Source of the DNA: an uncultured Gemmatimonadales bacterium
Lineage (GTDB): Bacteria > Gemmatimonadota > Gemmatimonadetes > Gemmatimonadales > GWC2-71-9
DNA: 64,000 bases
Assembly: GCA_963739455.1 (NCBI GenBank)
Contig: CAVUAK010000001.1
Location: 1,280,001 to 1,344,000 of the forward strand
Reading direction: 5' to 3'
How positions within the stretch are numbered: position 1 is the first letter of the stretch; each line of letters begins with the position of its first letter. Position numbers and translations under genes: made by a program. Under the pieces are notes generated by a model. It searched no databases. It was given only the letters and a program-made list of their open reading frames with translations, and was not told the DNA's origin. Shown here piece after piece: positions 9,788 to 18,555 of this stretch.

Positions 9788-9860
9788 TGCCCCTTGGTGT
9801 AACTGGCAACACGCCTCACTCTGGATGAGGAGAGTCCTGGTTCGATCCCAGGAGGGGCAA
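9788..9860 (+). tRNA. tRNA-Gln (anticodon CTG), CCA not encoded
   Basis: Acceptor TGCCCCT/AGGGGCA, D arm GTGTAACTGGCAACAC, anticodon stem CCTCA-CTCTGGA-TGAGG, T arm CCTGG-TTCGATC-CCAGG. Confidence 0.95.
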
Positions 9861-9863
9861 TAC

Positions 9864-9897
9864 GAAGGGCGACCGTCAATCGACGGTCGCCCTTTCT
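9864..9897 (+). terminator. Rho-independent terminator after tRNA
   Basis: GAAGGGCGACCGTC-AATC-GACGGTCGCCCTTTC hairpin. Confidence 0.8.
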
Positions 9898-9949
9898 CGT
9901 TTCAGGCGGCGGACGTGCCGCCGCCCTTGCGCCCGAGTCGCCTTTGCCG

Positions 9950-9965
9950 TATGATGGTCGTCATA
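9950..9965. promoter_or_regulatory. TetR operator 1 (TATGATGGTCGTCATA)
   Basis: Imperfect palindrome at the tetR start; its reverse complement is 15/16 identical to the site at 10599-10614. Confidence 0.75.
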
Positions 9966-10558
9966 TGAAAGCCACCGCCCCGAGGAAACCTGCCCCCAGC
10001 CGCAAGGAAGCGACGCACGAGCGCATCGTGCACACCGCCGCCCGCGCCGTCCGGCGCGGCGGCTACGACGGCGCCGGCGTGGCCGAGATCATGAAGGAGG
10101 CCGGGCTTACGCACGGCGGCTTCTACGCCCACTTCGATTCGCGCGAGGCGATGCTGGCCGAGGCGGCCGACCGGGCGGGTGCCGACGGGATGGCCGTGAT
10201 GGCACGGATGGCTGCCGCGGCACCGCCCAGGAAGGCGCTCGAAGCGATGCTCCGCGCCTATCTCTCGAAGGAGCATGTGGAAGGCGTCGAGACGGGGTGC
10301 GCGGTCGCCGCGCTGGGCTCGGAGTTGCCGCGCCAGTCGCCCAAGGTGCGGCGGGCCGCGACCCGCCGCATCAAGGAGATGATCGACCTGGTCGCCCGCC
10401 AGTCGCCCGACTGGGGGCAGCCGGGCGCGCACGAGCGGGCGCTCGTCACCATGGCGACCGCACTTGGCGCGCTGGTCGTGGCGCGTGCCGTGGACGACCC
10501 CAAGCTCGCGAGCGCGATGCGCGAGGCGGCGCTGAAGCACCTCATCCCGACAGGCTGA
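9965..10558 (+). CDS. TetR/AcrR family transcriptional regulator
   Basis: GVAEIMKEAGLTHGGFYAHFDSRE HTH, GCAVAAL. Confidence 0.93.
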   Translation: MKATAPRKPAPSRKEATHERIVHTAARAVRRGGYDGAGVAEIMKEAGLTHGGFYAHFDSREAMLAEAADRAGADGMAVMARMAAAAPPRKALEAMLRAYLSKEHVEGVETGCAVAALGSELPRQSPKVRRAATRRIKEMIDLVARQSPDWGQPGAHERALVTMATALGALVVARAVDDPKLASAMREAALKHLIPTG

Positions 10559-10598
10559 TACACCATGCACCCCTGCCTGGTCCGGGCTTGTCACAGAA

Positions 10599-10614
10599 TA
10601 TGATGACCATCATA
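10599..10614. promoter_or_regulatory. TetR operator 2 (TATGATGACCATCATA) upstream of SDR
   Basis: Near-perfect palindrome lying just downstream of a TTGTCA -35-like hexamer. Confidence 0.75.
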
Positions 10615-10636
10615 TAGACAATGCGTTGTGACCTCA

Positions 10637-11485
10637 ATGGAAAGCGAGCACGGTATGTCAGGCGATCAGGAGCAGCAGGTTCGGCCCGTGGCGATCGTGA
10701 CGGGAGCAGCCGGCAGGGATCGGGGGGGCGACCGCGCGGGCACTTCACGCTGCCGGCTATCGGGTGTTCGGCACCTCTCGGAAGCCGTCGGCAACGAGGG
10801 CGCCGGGTATCGAGTACCTGACGTGCGACGTGACCAGCGACGATTCGGTGCAGGCCGCGGTCGGTGCCGTGCTGTCACAGGCGGGCCGAGTCGATGTCCT
10901 CGTCAACAACGCAGGGGTGGGATTGGTCGGTGGGGCGGAGGAGTCATCACTGGAGCAGGCGAAGTCCCTGTTCGACGTCAACCTGTTCGGCGTGATTCGC
11001 ATGACCAAGGCAGTCCTGCCAGCCATGCGCAAGCAGGGAGCGGGGCGGATCGTCAACATCAGCTCGGTCATGGGCCTGATCCCGGCGCCATTCATGGCCC
11101 TGTATGGCGCCAGCAAGCACGCCCTGGAAGGCTATTCCGAGTCGCTGGACCACGAGGTCAGGAGCTCCGGGGTGAGAGTGGTGCTGGTCGAGCCGGCCTA
11201 CACGCGGACGTCCTTCGACGGCAATGCCTACCAGGCCGACCAGCAGCTCGACGTTTATCAATCCGCACGAACGAAGCGCGGAGGGAGTCCTGCGGGACGA
11301 GATGACGACTGCCGACGCGCCCGAGCTGGTCGCGAGCGTTGTCGTGAAGGCTGCAACCGACGCCAACCCGCGCCGGCCGCTACACCGCGGGCCGGATGGC
11401 CCGACAGGTCAGCCTGCTTCGGCGCTTCGTTCCTGCGTCGGCGTTCGACAAGAGCCTGCGGAAGCAGATGCGCCTGCCCGCATAG
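10637..11485 (+). CDS. Short-chain dehydrogenase/reductase (frameshifted)
   Basis: VAIVTGA, NNAG, NISS and YGASK (YxxxK) distributed over shifted frames; ends ...LRKQMRLPA* at 11485. Confidence 0.85.
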
Positions 11486-11545
11486 CTGCGGTCCGGAGGG
11501 GCAATACGGAAGGCGACCCTCACGATGACGGTCGCCTTTAGCTTC

Positions 11546-11929
11546 TCAGGCAGGGGCGGGGAAATCCTCCGGCTCCCAGACCGGGCGGATCTCGAGGTCG
11601 CTCGGACCCGGCATCGGGTTGGGGCACCGCCTGGCCCACTCGACCGCCTCTTCCATCGACCGGACCTGCCAGATCCAGAACCCCGCCACCAGCTCCTTCG
11701 TCTCGGCGAAGGGACCGTCGGTCACCGACCGTGTGGTCCCATTGAAGTGGATCCGCTTCCCGAACTTGCTCGGCTTGAGTCCGTCCCCTGCGAGCATGAT
11801 CCCCGCCTTGACCAGCTCCTCATTGAACTTCCCCATCTGCTCGAACATCTCCTCTGCCCCTTCCGCTTCGAGGGGATGCGACTCCGCCTCCGACTCCGCG
11901 GTCGCCTTCACGATCACCATGACGCGCAT
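11546..11929 (-). CDS. YciI / DGPF-domain protein
   Basis: DGPFAETKELVAGFW signature; AGGAGG RBS. Confidence 0.92.
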   Translation of the reverse strand: MRVMVIVKATAESEAESHPLEAEGAEEMFEQMGKFNEELVKAGIMLAGDGLKPSKFGKRIHFNGTTRSVTDGPFAETKELVAGFWIWQVRSMEEAVEWARRCPNPMPGPSDLEIRPVWEPEDFPAPA

Positions 11930-12007
11930 AGGACCTCCTCCATGGTTGGGAGCGGCCCTGGTGGCCTGCTCTACCCATACGTCGATCGGGGGTACGGGAA
12001 ATCGACA

Positions 12008-12499
12008 TCACCGCAGGCTCAAGTCGCGCCGTGCCCGCAACAGGAGCCAGGTCAGCAGGACCGCCTTCACTACCGTGAGCAGGAACAGCATCCCGAAGTT
12101 GCCTGGTGCGAAGTTGTGGGTGGTGACCGCCTGCCGTACGTGACCGATAGCCACGCCGACGTAGAACAGCACCACGTACCACACGACGGCTGTCTTGAAC
12201 TCGAGCCCGCGCCAGAACGACACGACGGCGACGATGCCGGCCGCAATATCCGCCACGCCGATCTCGAACTGGAAGGGGCTGTCCTGCCAGCCGATGAAGC
12301 TGGCGGCGACGTTCGGGAGGAACACGTGATAGAGACCGGCCCAGAGCATGTCCGCGCCGACGGCCAGGACGAGAAGCCACGAGAGATATCGATAGGCCGC
12401 GGGCTGCGGCGTCTTCCGCACATACGCTATTAGCAGTGCCAGCACGAAGAAGACGCTGGGGAGATTCATAAGGATGAAGCGAATGGCGGCAGCGAGCAT
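12008..12499 (-). CDS. Membrane protein, DUF6790-like
   Basis: Several TM helices; IGWQDSPFQFEIG and NFAPGN motifs; start MLAAAIRF. Confidence 0.7.
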   Translation of the reverse strand: MLAAAIRFILMNLPSVFFVLALLIAYVRKTPQPAAYRYLSWLLVLAVGADMLWAGLYHVFLPNVAASFIGWQDSPFQFEIGVADIAAGIVAVVSFWRGLEFKTAVVWYVVLFYVGVAIGHVRQAVTTHNFAPGNFGMLFLLTVVKAVLLTWLLLRARRDLSLR

Positions 12500-12611
12500 C
12501 GGGGTCTCCGTCGGGTAGGAAGTATGCAGTTCACTGGCGAGCAGATTCTCGGCTTGCGCAGGGATTCTTGCAAGCGCAGAATTCAGCCCGACCCCCTCGG
12601 AGAGATCCCGC

Positions 12612-15071
12612 TTGAAGATGATCCTCGCCGCCGGAATGGCTGCAGCCATTCTGGCCCCCTCGGTACTGTCCGCCCAGCAGACCACCGGCGACGCCAGGTT
12701 CACCGAGTGCCACGACCACCGTCGACGGGCGCTACCTGCCGAACCCAGCCGCAGCCCAGTTCGGCGGCGTGATCAACCTCGAGCGCGCAGGATTCCACTC
12801 CGGCTGGCCGGCCACGGTGGTACCGCCCAAGGGGGCGCCGAACGTCCTGCTGATCATGACCGATGACGCAGGGCTACGGCGTCACCGGCTCCTTCGGTGG
12901 CGTGATGCCGACACCGACCATGGACCGGATTGCCGAAGGCTGGGCTGCGCTACACGCAGTTCCACTCGACGGCCCTCTGTTCTCCCACCCGCGCGGCGCT
13001 GATCACCGGGCGCAATCATCACTCGGTGGGATTTCGGCGTCATTCGCGAGCAGTCCACCGGCTTCCCGGGCTACAACTCCGTCATCGGACCCGAGAATGC
13101 CACCGTTGGCGAGATCCTGAGGGAGAACGGCTACGCGACCGTCCTGGTTCGGCAAGAACCACAACACGCCGACCTACCAGTACAGCGCGGCGGGGCCGTT
13201 CGACCCAGTGGCCCATCGGGATGGGCTTCGACTATTTCTACGGCTTCATGGGTGGCGAGACCGACCAGTGGACGCCGTACCTGTTCCGGAACACGACGCC
13301 GATCTACCCCTGGATCGGGAAGACCGGCTACAACCTGATGACGGACATGGCCGACGACGCTATCTCGCACATCCGCGGCTCAACGCCGTCTCGCCAGACC
13401 AACCGTTTTTCGTCTACTACGTGCCTGGTGCCACCCATTCGCCGCACCAGCCCAAGGCCGGAGTGGGTCGCGAAGTTCAAGGGCAAGTTCGACATCGGGT
13501 GGAACGCGCTCCGCGACACGATCTTCGCCAACCAGAAGCGGCTTGGCGTCGTGCCGGCCAATGCGCAGCTCACGCCGTGGCCAGACGAACTGCCTCGCTG
13601 GGAGACGCTGCCGGCCGAGAACAAGAAGCTCTTCGCGCACGCAGGCTGAGGTGTTCGCCGGGTACGCGGCCTACGCCGACTACGAGATCGGCCGCGTGGT
13701 GGAGGCGGTGGAGGCGATGGGCAAGCTCGACAACACGCTCATCATCTACATCAGCGGCGACAATGGCACGAGCGCCGAGGGCACGCTGGTCGGCACGCCG
13801 AACGAGATGACAGCGTACAACGCGATGCCTCGACATCCCGATCGCCGACCAGATGAAGTTCTACGACGCGTGGGGCTCGGAGAAGACCTATCCGCACATG
13901 TCGGTGGCGTGGTCATGGGCCTTCGACACGCCATTCAAGTGGACCAAGCAGGTAGCCTCGTTCTTCGGCGGCACGCGCCAGGGCATGGTCATGTCCTGGC
14001 CGGGGCACATCAAGGACCCGGGCGGGATCCGGAGCCAGTTCCACCACGTAATCGATATCGTCCCGACCATCCTCGAGGCCAGCGGAGTCCAGGCGCCGGT
14101 GATGGTGAACGGCATTACCCAGAAGCCGATCGAGGGCGTGAGCATGGCCTACACCTGGGACCCGGCCAACGCGACGGCCAAGTCCCATCGCACCACGCAG
14201 TACTTCGAGATGTTCGGGGACCGCGCGCTGTATCACGACGGCTGGATCGCCGCCACTCCGCCGCCCGCGGCGCCGTGGCTGATGGGCACCGCGAAAATGC
14301 CGGACGTGGTGAGCGGGTATAAGTGGGAGCTGTACAACCTCGATGAGGACTTCACCGAGGCGAACAACGTCGCCGACAAGTACCCGGAGAAGCTGCGCGA
14401 GCTGCAGGATTATTTCATGATGGAAGCGGCGAAGTACCAGGTGTTCCCGCTGGACAACTCCATCCTGACCCGGCTCATCACGCCGCGCCCGAGCTCAACC
14501 GCGGGGCGGAACGTGTTCACCTACTCCGGCGTCATGCCTGACATCCCGACTCGGCGACGCGCCCAGCTTCCTCAACCGCTCGTACAGCATCACCGCCGAG
14601 GTGGAGATCCCGAACGGTGGCGGCAACGGCATGCTGGTGACGGAGGGCGGGCGCTTCGGCGGGTTCGGCTTCTACCTGCTCAAGGGGAAGCCGGTGTTCC
14701 TGTACAATGCCCTCGACCTGAAGCGGTTCCGCTGGGAGGGACCGGCGCTCACCCCGGGCAAGCATACGGTGGAGTTTGCGTTCACCTACGATGGGCCGGG
14801 CTTCGGGAAGGGCGGCACCGGCGTCCTGTCGGTCGACGGGAAGCAGGTGGCAACGCAGGCGATGCCACACACGATCCCGTTCATCATGACGATCGACGAG
14901 GGCTTCGACATTGGCACCGACACACGGTCGAGTGTGGCGGACACCGACTACCAGCCGCCGTTCAATTTCAACGGCACGCTGTCGAAGCTGACGGTGAAGC
15001 TGGAGCCGCCGCAGATCGCCGTCGGCGACGCGGGTGACGCCTCGCACAAGCTCGCGCGCGCCACGGACTGA
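12612..15071 (+). CDS. Arylsulfatase with multiple indels (paralog of 858-3203)
   Basis: APNVLLIMTDD, ALCSPTRAAL, GDNG, FKWTKQVAS.FGGTR, QYFEM and C-terminal EGFDIG..YQPPFNFNG spread across many frame segments. Confidence 0.88.
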
Positions 15072-15084
15072 TTCGGAGCGGAAA

Positions 15085-15122
15085 GGGGGGCGCCGTCCGG
15101 AACACCGGGCGGCGCCTCCTTT
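15085..15122. terminator. Hairpin terminator between convergent genes
   Basis: GGGGGGCGCCGTCCGG-AACA-CCGGGCGGCGCCTCCTTT. Confidence 0.65.
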
Positions 15123-15178
15123 AGCATCGCAACAGGGCTCGCTGAGGCTGGAAGACCTCGAGAAGATCACCACATAGG

Positions 15179-15394
15179 CTACGCGCGCTTCCGGGCTCCT
15201 GTCAGCAGCAGCCCAGCTCCAGCCGCGATTCCAAGATACGCGACCCATGGCGGGATCGACTGCTTCTCGTTGGCGGTGAGCTTCACGTCGCCAACCTTTA
15301 CGACATCCTTCTGGGTAGTGAAGCTCCCTCCGCGTACGAGCAGGAAAACGCTGAGGAGGATCAGGGCGATTCCAGCGATCAGGTTCGGGCGCAT
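15179..15394 (-). CDS. Small two-TM membrane protein (71 aa)
   Basis: MRPNLIAGIALILL...KDVVKVGDVKL...IPPWVAYLGIAAGAGLLL; GGAG RBS. Confidence 0.7.
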   Translation of the reverse strand: MRPNLIAGIALILLSVFLLVRGGSFTTQKDVVKVGDVKLTANEKQSIPPWVAYLGIAAGAGLLLTGARKRA

Positions 15395-15460
15395 AGGTAC
15401 TCCCATTCGGGTGGTCTGCTGTCCGAATGGGGTACCCCGCGGCGCGGAGACTGTTCTCCG

Positions 15461-17524
15461 CTAGAAGATCCTCACTATTCGCGCGACTGACGGAACCCCG
15501 TTCGCGTCGATGAGGAACAGCATGTAGTGCCCAGGCGGGGCAACATTCGCTGTTGCCGGGGCATTTACCAGGATGCTCGACGCCCCGCTCACCGCGAAGG
15601 TCAGGTTGTTCATCCGCTGGTTCATGTTGGTCGCGTGCGTCACCGATGACAGCCGGATCCAGGTTGCCCGGGTAATCGTGGACGCTGCCGGCGTCTCGAC
15701 GGTGAAGGCCTGGCCATACGACACCTCGGTGGGTGCGCTGGTGATGGTCGGTCTCGTCGCCAGGGTACCATCGAGCTTGAAGAGGTACGGAGGGGTGAAG
15801 ATCTCCGCGGTGAAGTCGTCCTGCAGCCCGGTGGCCGCTGGCTGACCACTGCCGACCGAGAGGATGCGCGCATCGGGCAGGAGCAACGCGGTGGAGTGAT
15901 AGACCCGGTGATGCGTCATGGCCGCGAGCGACGTCCACTGCTCAGTAACAGGATCCCACCGCTCGGCGCTGAGCACCCTGCTATCAGTGGGCGCGGAGTT
16001 GAATCCCACGGCGTTGCTGCCGCCGGTGGCGAGTACCGCGCCGTCGGCCATGATGGTGGCGTTCAACTGCCGACGGGGCACCGCCATCGAGGCGACGTAG
16101 CGCCACGCGGCGCCGGTGCCGCCGTTCAAGTCGATCACCTCGGCAGTCGCAGTGGGAGCTCCTCCTCCAACAAGCAGGATCTTGCCTGCGTCGTACATCA
16201 CCGCCGAGCCGTAGTCGCGGGAGCCGTAGTTGCTCACGGCAGCGGCGGACCAGGTGCCGTTGCCTTCGGTGTTCAGGTAGAAGGTCCCGGTGTTGGGGCC
16301 GGCCATGTACGCCCGCCCGTCGGGCGCGGCGAACATCATGGGATAGAGCGGCACGCTGCGCGCGGCGTTGGGGAGCGGTCTCCAGCTTCCGTTCTGCCAC
16401 ACCTCGGGGACGTAGTTGTTGATGCCTGCGGTATCGCCGCCGGCGATGGTCAGCACCTCTCCGCTTGCCAGCGTGGTATTGGTTGGATACCAGCGACCAT
16501 TCTGCATGTCCGCCACTCGGCTCCAGCCACCGTTCACGTCGTAGATGAACGTGGTCTTCGTGCCGAACATGTCCACGCCACTGTGTCCCCCCGCCACGAG
16601 CAGCCGGCCATCGGGCAGCAGGGAGTGACCGCTGCAGAAGAGGTCACCCGGGACGGCCATGCTCTGGAACATGCCGCTGGCAGGATCCCAAAGGACGGGA
16701 GCGTTCGGCATGCGGCCGTAGGTGAGCACCTTGCCGTTGGGCAGCAGGTGCGCATGAATGGCCACGGCGGGCCAGGGAATCGGCGCGGCCCAGCTGCCGA
16801 CCCTTGCTTCGTCGGCGCTGGTGCCGAAGGAGACCACCACCGCCTGCGCCTGGCTCATCGTCACCACGCAGGTGCCGACGGCGACGCCGATGCCGGTACC
16901 GCTCACGTCACACCCAGCGCCCGACCAGGCCTTGAGGAAACTTCCGCCGGCGGACGTCGCGGTGAGGGTGACCGACGCCCCGGTCGAGAAGGAGGCGCCG
17001 CAGCCGGTGCCGGTAGTGCCGGCGGTGATGGTGCATGTAATGCCGGCTGGATTGGAGGTGACACCACCGCTGCCATTGGAGCCGCCTTGCACACTCAGCG
17101 CAAAGCTGCTCGGCGCGGCGGTGAACTTCGCCGTGACGGTGCGGTCCGCATTCATCAGGATCAGGCAGGACAGAGGCGCGTCGGTGATGGGCGCGTCACA
17201 CCCGGTCCACGCCACGGTTCCGCCCGGCGCCGGGGTGGCGGTGATGGTGATCGTCAGGCCCTCGTCGTAGTCCGCGGCGCAGGTGCCGGTCGTGGTGACG
17301 TAGCCGGAACTGTATGTGACGGTGCAGGCGACGCTGCCGCGGTTCGAGGCCAGGGAGCCGTTTGCCGTGCTACCGGTTGCCGCGAGGGTGAGGCTGTGCT
17401 TGGTGGTGACAGGCGGGGGCGTAGGAGGCGCGCTGGATTCGCCACAGGCGTAGAGGAGTACGGTGAGAAGCGAGAGACATATTGTCGCCCCGGCAACCAG
17501 CCAGGGTGATGAAGGCTTGCTCAT
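15461..17524 (-). CDS. Galactose/glyoxal oxidase-like copper radical oxidase (Kelch + DUF1929) with N-terminal Cys-containing beta-sandwich repeats; lipoprotein
   Basis: LFCSGH, RWYPT, RVYHS, THATNMNQR and APPGHYMLF motifs; lipobox LYAC. Confidence 0.85.
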   Translation of the reverse strand: MSKPSSPWLVAGATICLSLLTVLLYACGESSAPPTPPPVTTKHSLTLAATGSTANGSLASNRGSVACTVTYSSGYVTTTGTCAADYDEGLTITITATPAPGGTVAWTGCDAPITDAPLSCLILMNADRTVTAKFTAAPSSFALSVQGGSNGSGGVTSNPAGITCTITAGTTGTGCGASFSTGASVTLTATSAGGSFLKAWSGAGCDVSGTGIGVAVGTCVVTMSQAQAVVVSFGTSADEARVGSWAAPIPWPAVAIHAHLLPNGKVLTYGRMPNAPVLWDPASGMFQSMAVPGDLFCSGHSLLPDGRLLVAGGHSGVDMFGTKTTFIYDVNGGWSRVADMQNGRWYPTNTTLASGEVLTIAGGDTAGINNYVPEVWQNGSWRPLPNAARSVPLYPMMFAAPDGRAYMAGPNTGTFYLNTEGNGTWSAAAVSNYGSRDYGSAVMYDAGKILLVGGGAPTATAEVIDLNGGTGAAWRYVASMAVPRRQLNATIMADGAVLATGGSNAVGFNSAPTDSRVLSAERWDPVTEQWTSLAAMTHHRVYHSTALLLPDARILSVGSGQPAATGLQDDFTAEIFTPPYLFKLDGTLATRPTITSAPTEVSYGQAFTVETPAASTITRATWIRLSSVTHATNMNQRMNNLTFAVSGASSILVNAPATANVAPPGHYMLFLIDANGVPSVARIVRIF

Positions 17525-17620
17525 TCAGCTCTCACACCTTTAGGGTCGGTTTTGTTGCACCCAGAAGGTACCAAGCCGGTGCAGGTCCCGGGCCAGTCGC
17601 TGGCACGTCCTCGCCGTCAG

Positions 17621-18019
17621 CTACGGAGTCCTCCTTCGGGAACGAGAGTCGCGTCCGTGCTTTCCCGGCGACACACGCGATGGGGATTGCTCCCCGATCC
17701 CGCGTGCGAGGAGGGAAACGGCCAGTGTATTGAGCGAGACACCCTCGACGTCGGCGTATGACGCCAGGAGGCTGTGAAGCGACTTGGGCATTCGAAGCCG
17801 GATCTGTCCGCTGTGGTTCACCAGTTCGCGTGGCACCGGGACCGGCTCTCGGGCGGCCTTCAGGACATGGAGAGCCATGTCGATGGCCTCACCGAGTTCG
17901 GAGAGTGCTTCATCGGGTGCTTCCGCCACCCCCGACAGCCCGGGAAACTCCGGCGATGCTGCCACGTAGCTGGCGTCCTCGGCGCTCCACGTCAGGACCG
18001 CACTATACCTGTTGAGCAC
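17621..18019 (-). CDS. hicB: HicB family antitoxin (C-terminal RHH)
   Basis: YVAASPEFPGLSG.A.APDEAL and SGQIRLRMPKSLH...GVSLN. Confidence 0.88.
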   Translation of the reverse strand: MLNRYSAVLTWSAEDASYVAASPEFPGLSGVAEAPDEALSELGEAIDMALHVLKAAREPVPVPRELVNHSGQIRLRMPKSLHSLLASYADVEGVSLNTLAVSLLARGIGEQSPSRVSPGKHGRDSRSRRRTP

Positions 18020-18028
18020 GTCACCTCC

Positions 18029-18274
18029 TCAGCCAGTCCGTAGCTCGTCGATCGCGAGCAACACCTGCCGTACCTGATACGGCTTCGCCATTCCGGTTCG
18101 ATCGGGCTGCAGGTTGAGCAGCCGGAGCAGGCCGGGTCGCTTGTAGACCCGGTGGGATCCGCGCTGGCGCGCAAGCGTGAAGCCGACACCTTCCGCCAGT
18201 CGACACGCCTCGTCAAAGCGTAGCGATGCAGGATTCGCGTGCGCCCGCCGCAGCAGCTCGTTGAAGCCGGCCAT
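18029..18274 (-). CDS. hicA: HicA family toxin
   Basis: LRFDE, GF...RQRGSHRVY, LNLQP...AKPYQVRQ; upstream of hicB. Confidence 0.88.
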   Translation of the reverse strand: MAGFNELLRRAHANPASLRFDEACRLAEGVGFTLARQRGSHRVYKRPGLLRLLNLQPDRTGMAKPYQVRQVLLAIDELRTG

Positions 18275-18288
18275 ACGCGGTCACCTCA

Positions 18289-18318
18289 AGGGTAGTGGTA
18301 CCACCTGTGGAACCGCAA
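18289..18318 (-). promoter_or_regulatory. hicAB promoter (TTGCGG-N18-TACCCT) with palindrome GTGGTACCAC in the spacer
   Basis: Perfect 10-bp palindrome at 18295-18304; probable HicB operator (inference). Confidence 0.5.
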
Positions 18319-18555
18319 GACGGCGAGTGCAGCGGCAGGAATCGCCGCGCCAACTCCTCATTCTCCAGCCAGGAAGTTTGTCACCAGGGATCACAGAAGC
18401 GGCACCATTGTGACGTACGGCGGTGCCGAACTCCGCTGCCGGGCGCACGCGACCAACACTGTCACAGGGCCTCTTGCCAAGCGAGCCGGAGAGGGGAATG
18501 TTCGAAACGACCCTTGTTCCCTCGTAGTACCAGTGTCGCCGGAGGCCTCCCCGCC

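Larger units (their letters stand above)
9851..11539. mobile_element. Small islet (TetR + SDR) bounded by direct repeats of tRNA-Gln 3' end plus terminator; no integrase
   Basis: GGAGGGGCAATACG at 9851 and 11495, each followed by a homologous GGCGACC..TCA..GACGGTCGCC.TTT hairpin. Confidence 0.65.

Noticed and set aside
10588..10612. TTGTCACA upstream of the SDR as a WYL-motif site
   Set aside because: No -10 at N10; better explained as a -35 next to the TetR operator.
858..15071. Two arylsulfatases plus DUF1080 as a sulfated-glycan utilisation locus
   Set aside because: They are about 9 kb apart, with no TonB transporter, glycosidase cluster or sulfatase-maturation enzyme between them.
18457..18482. 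ACTGTCACA upstream of the Ig-like lipoprotein as another WYL-motif site
   Set aside because: The position N10 downstream reads GCCAAG, not YANNNT.
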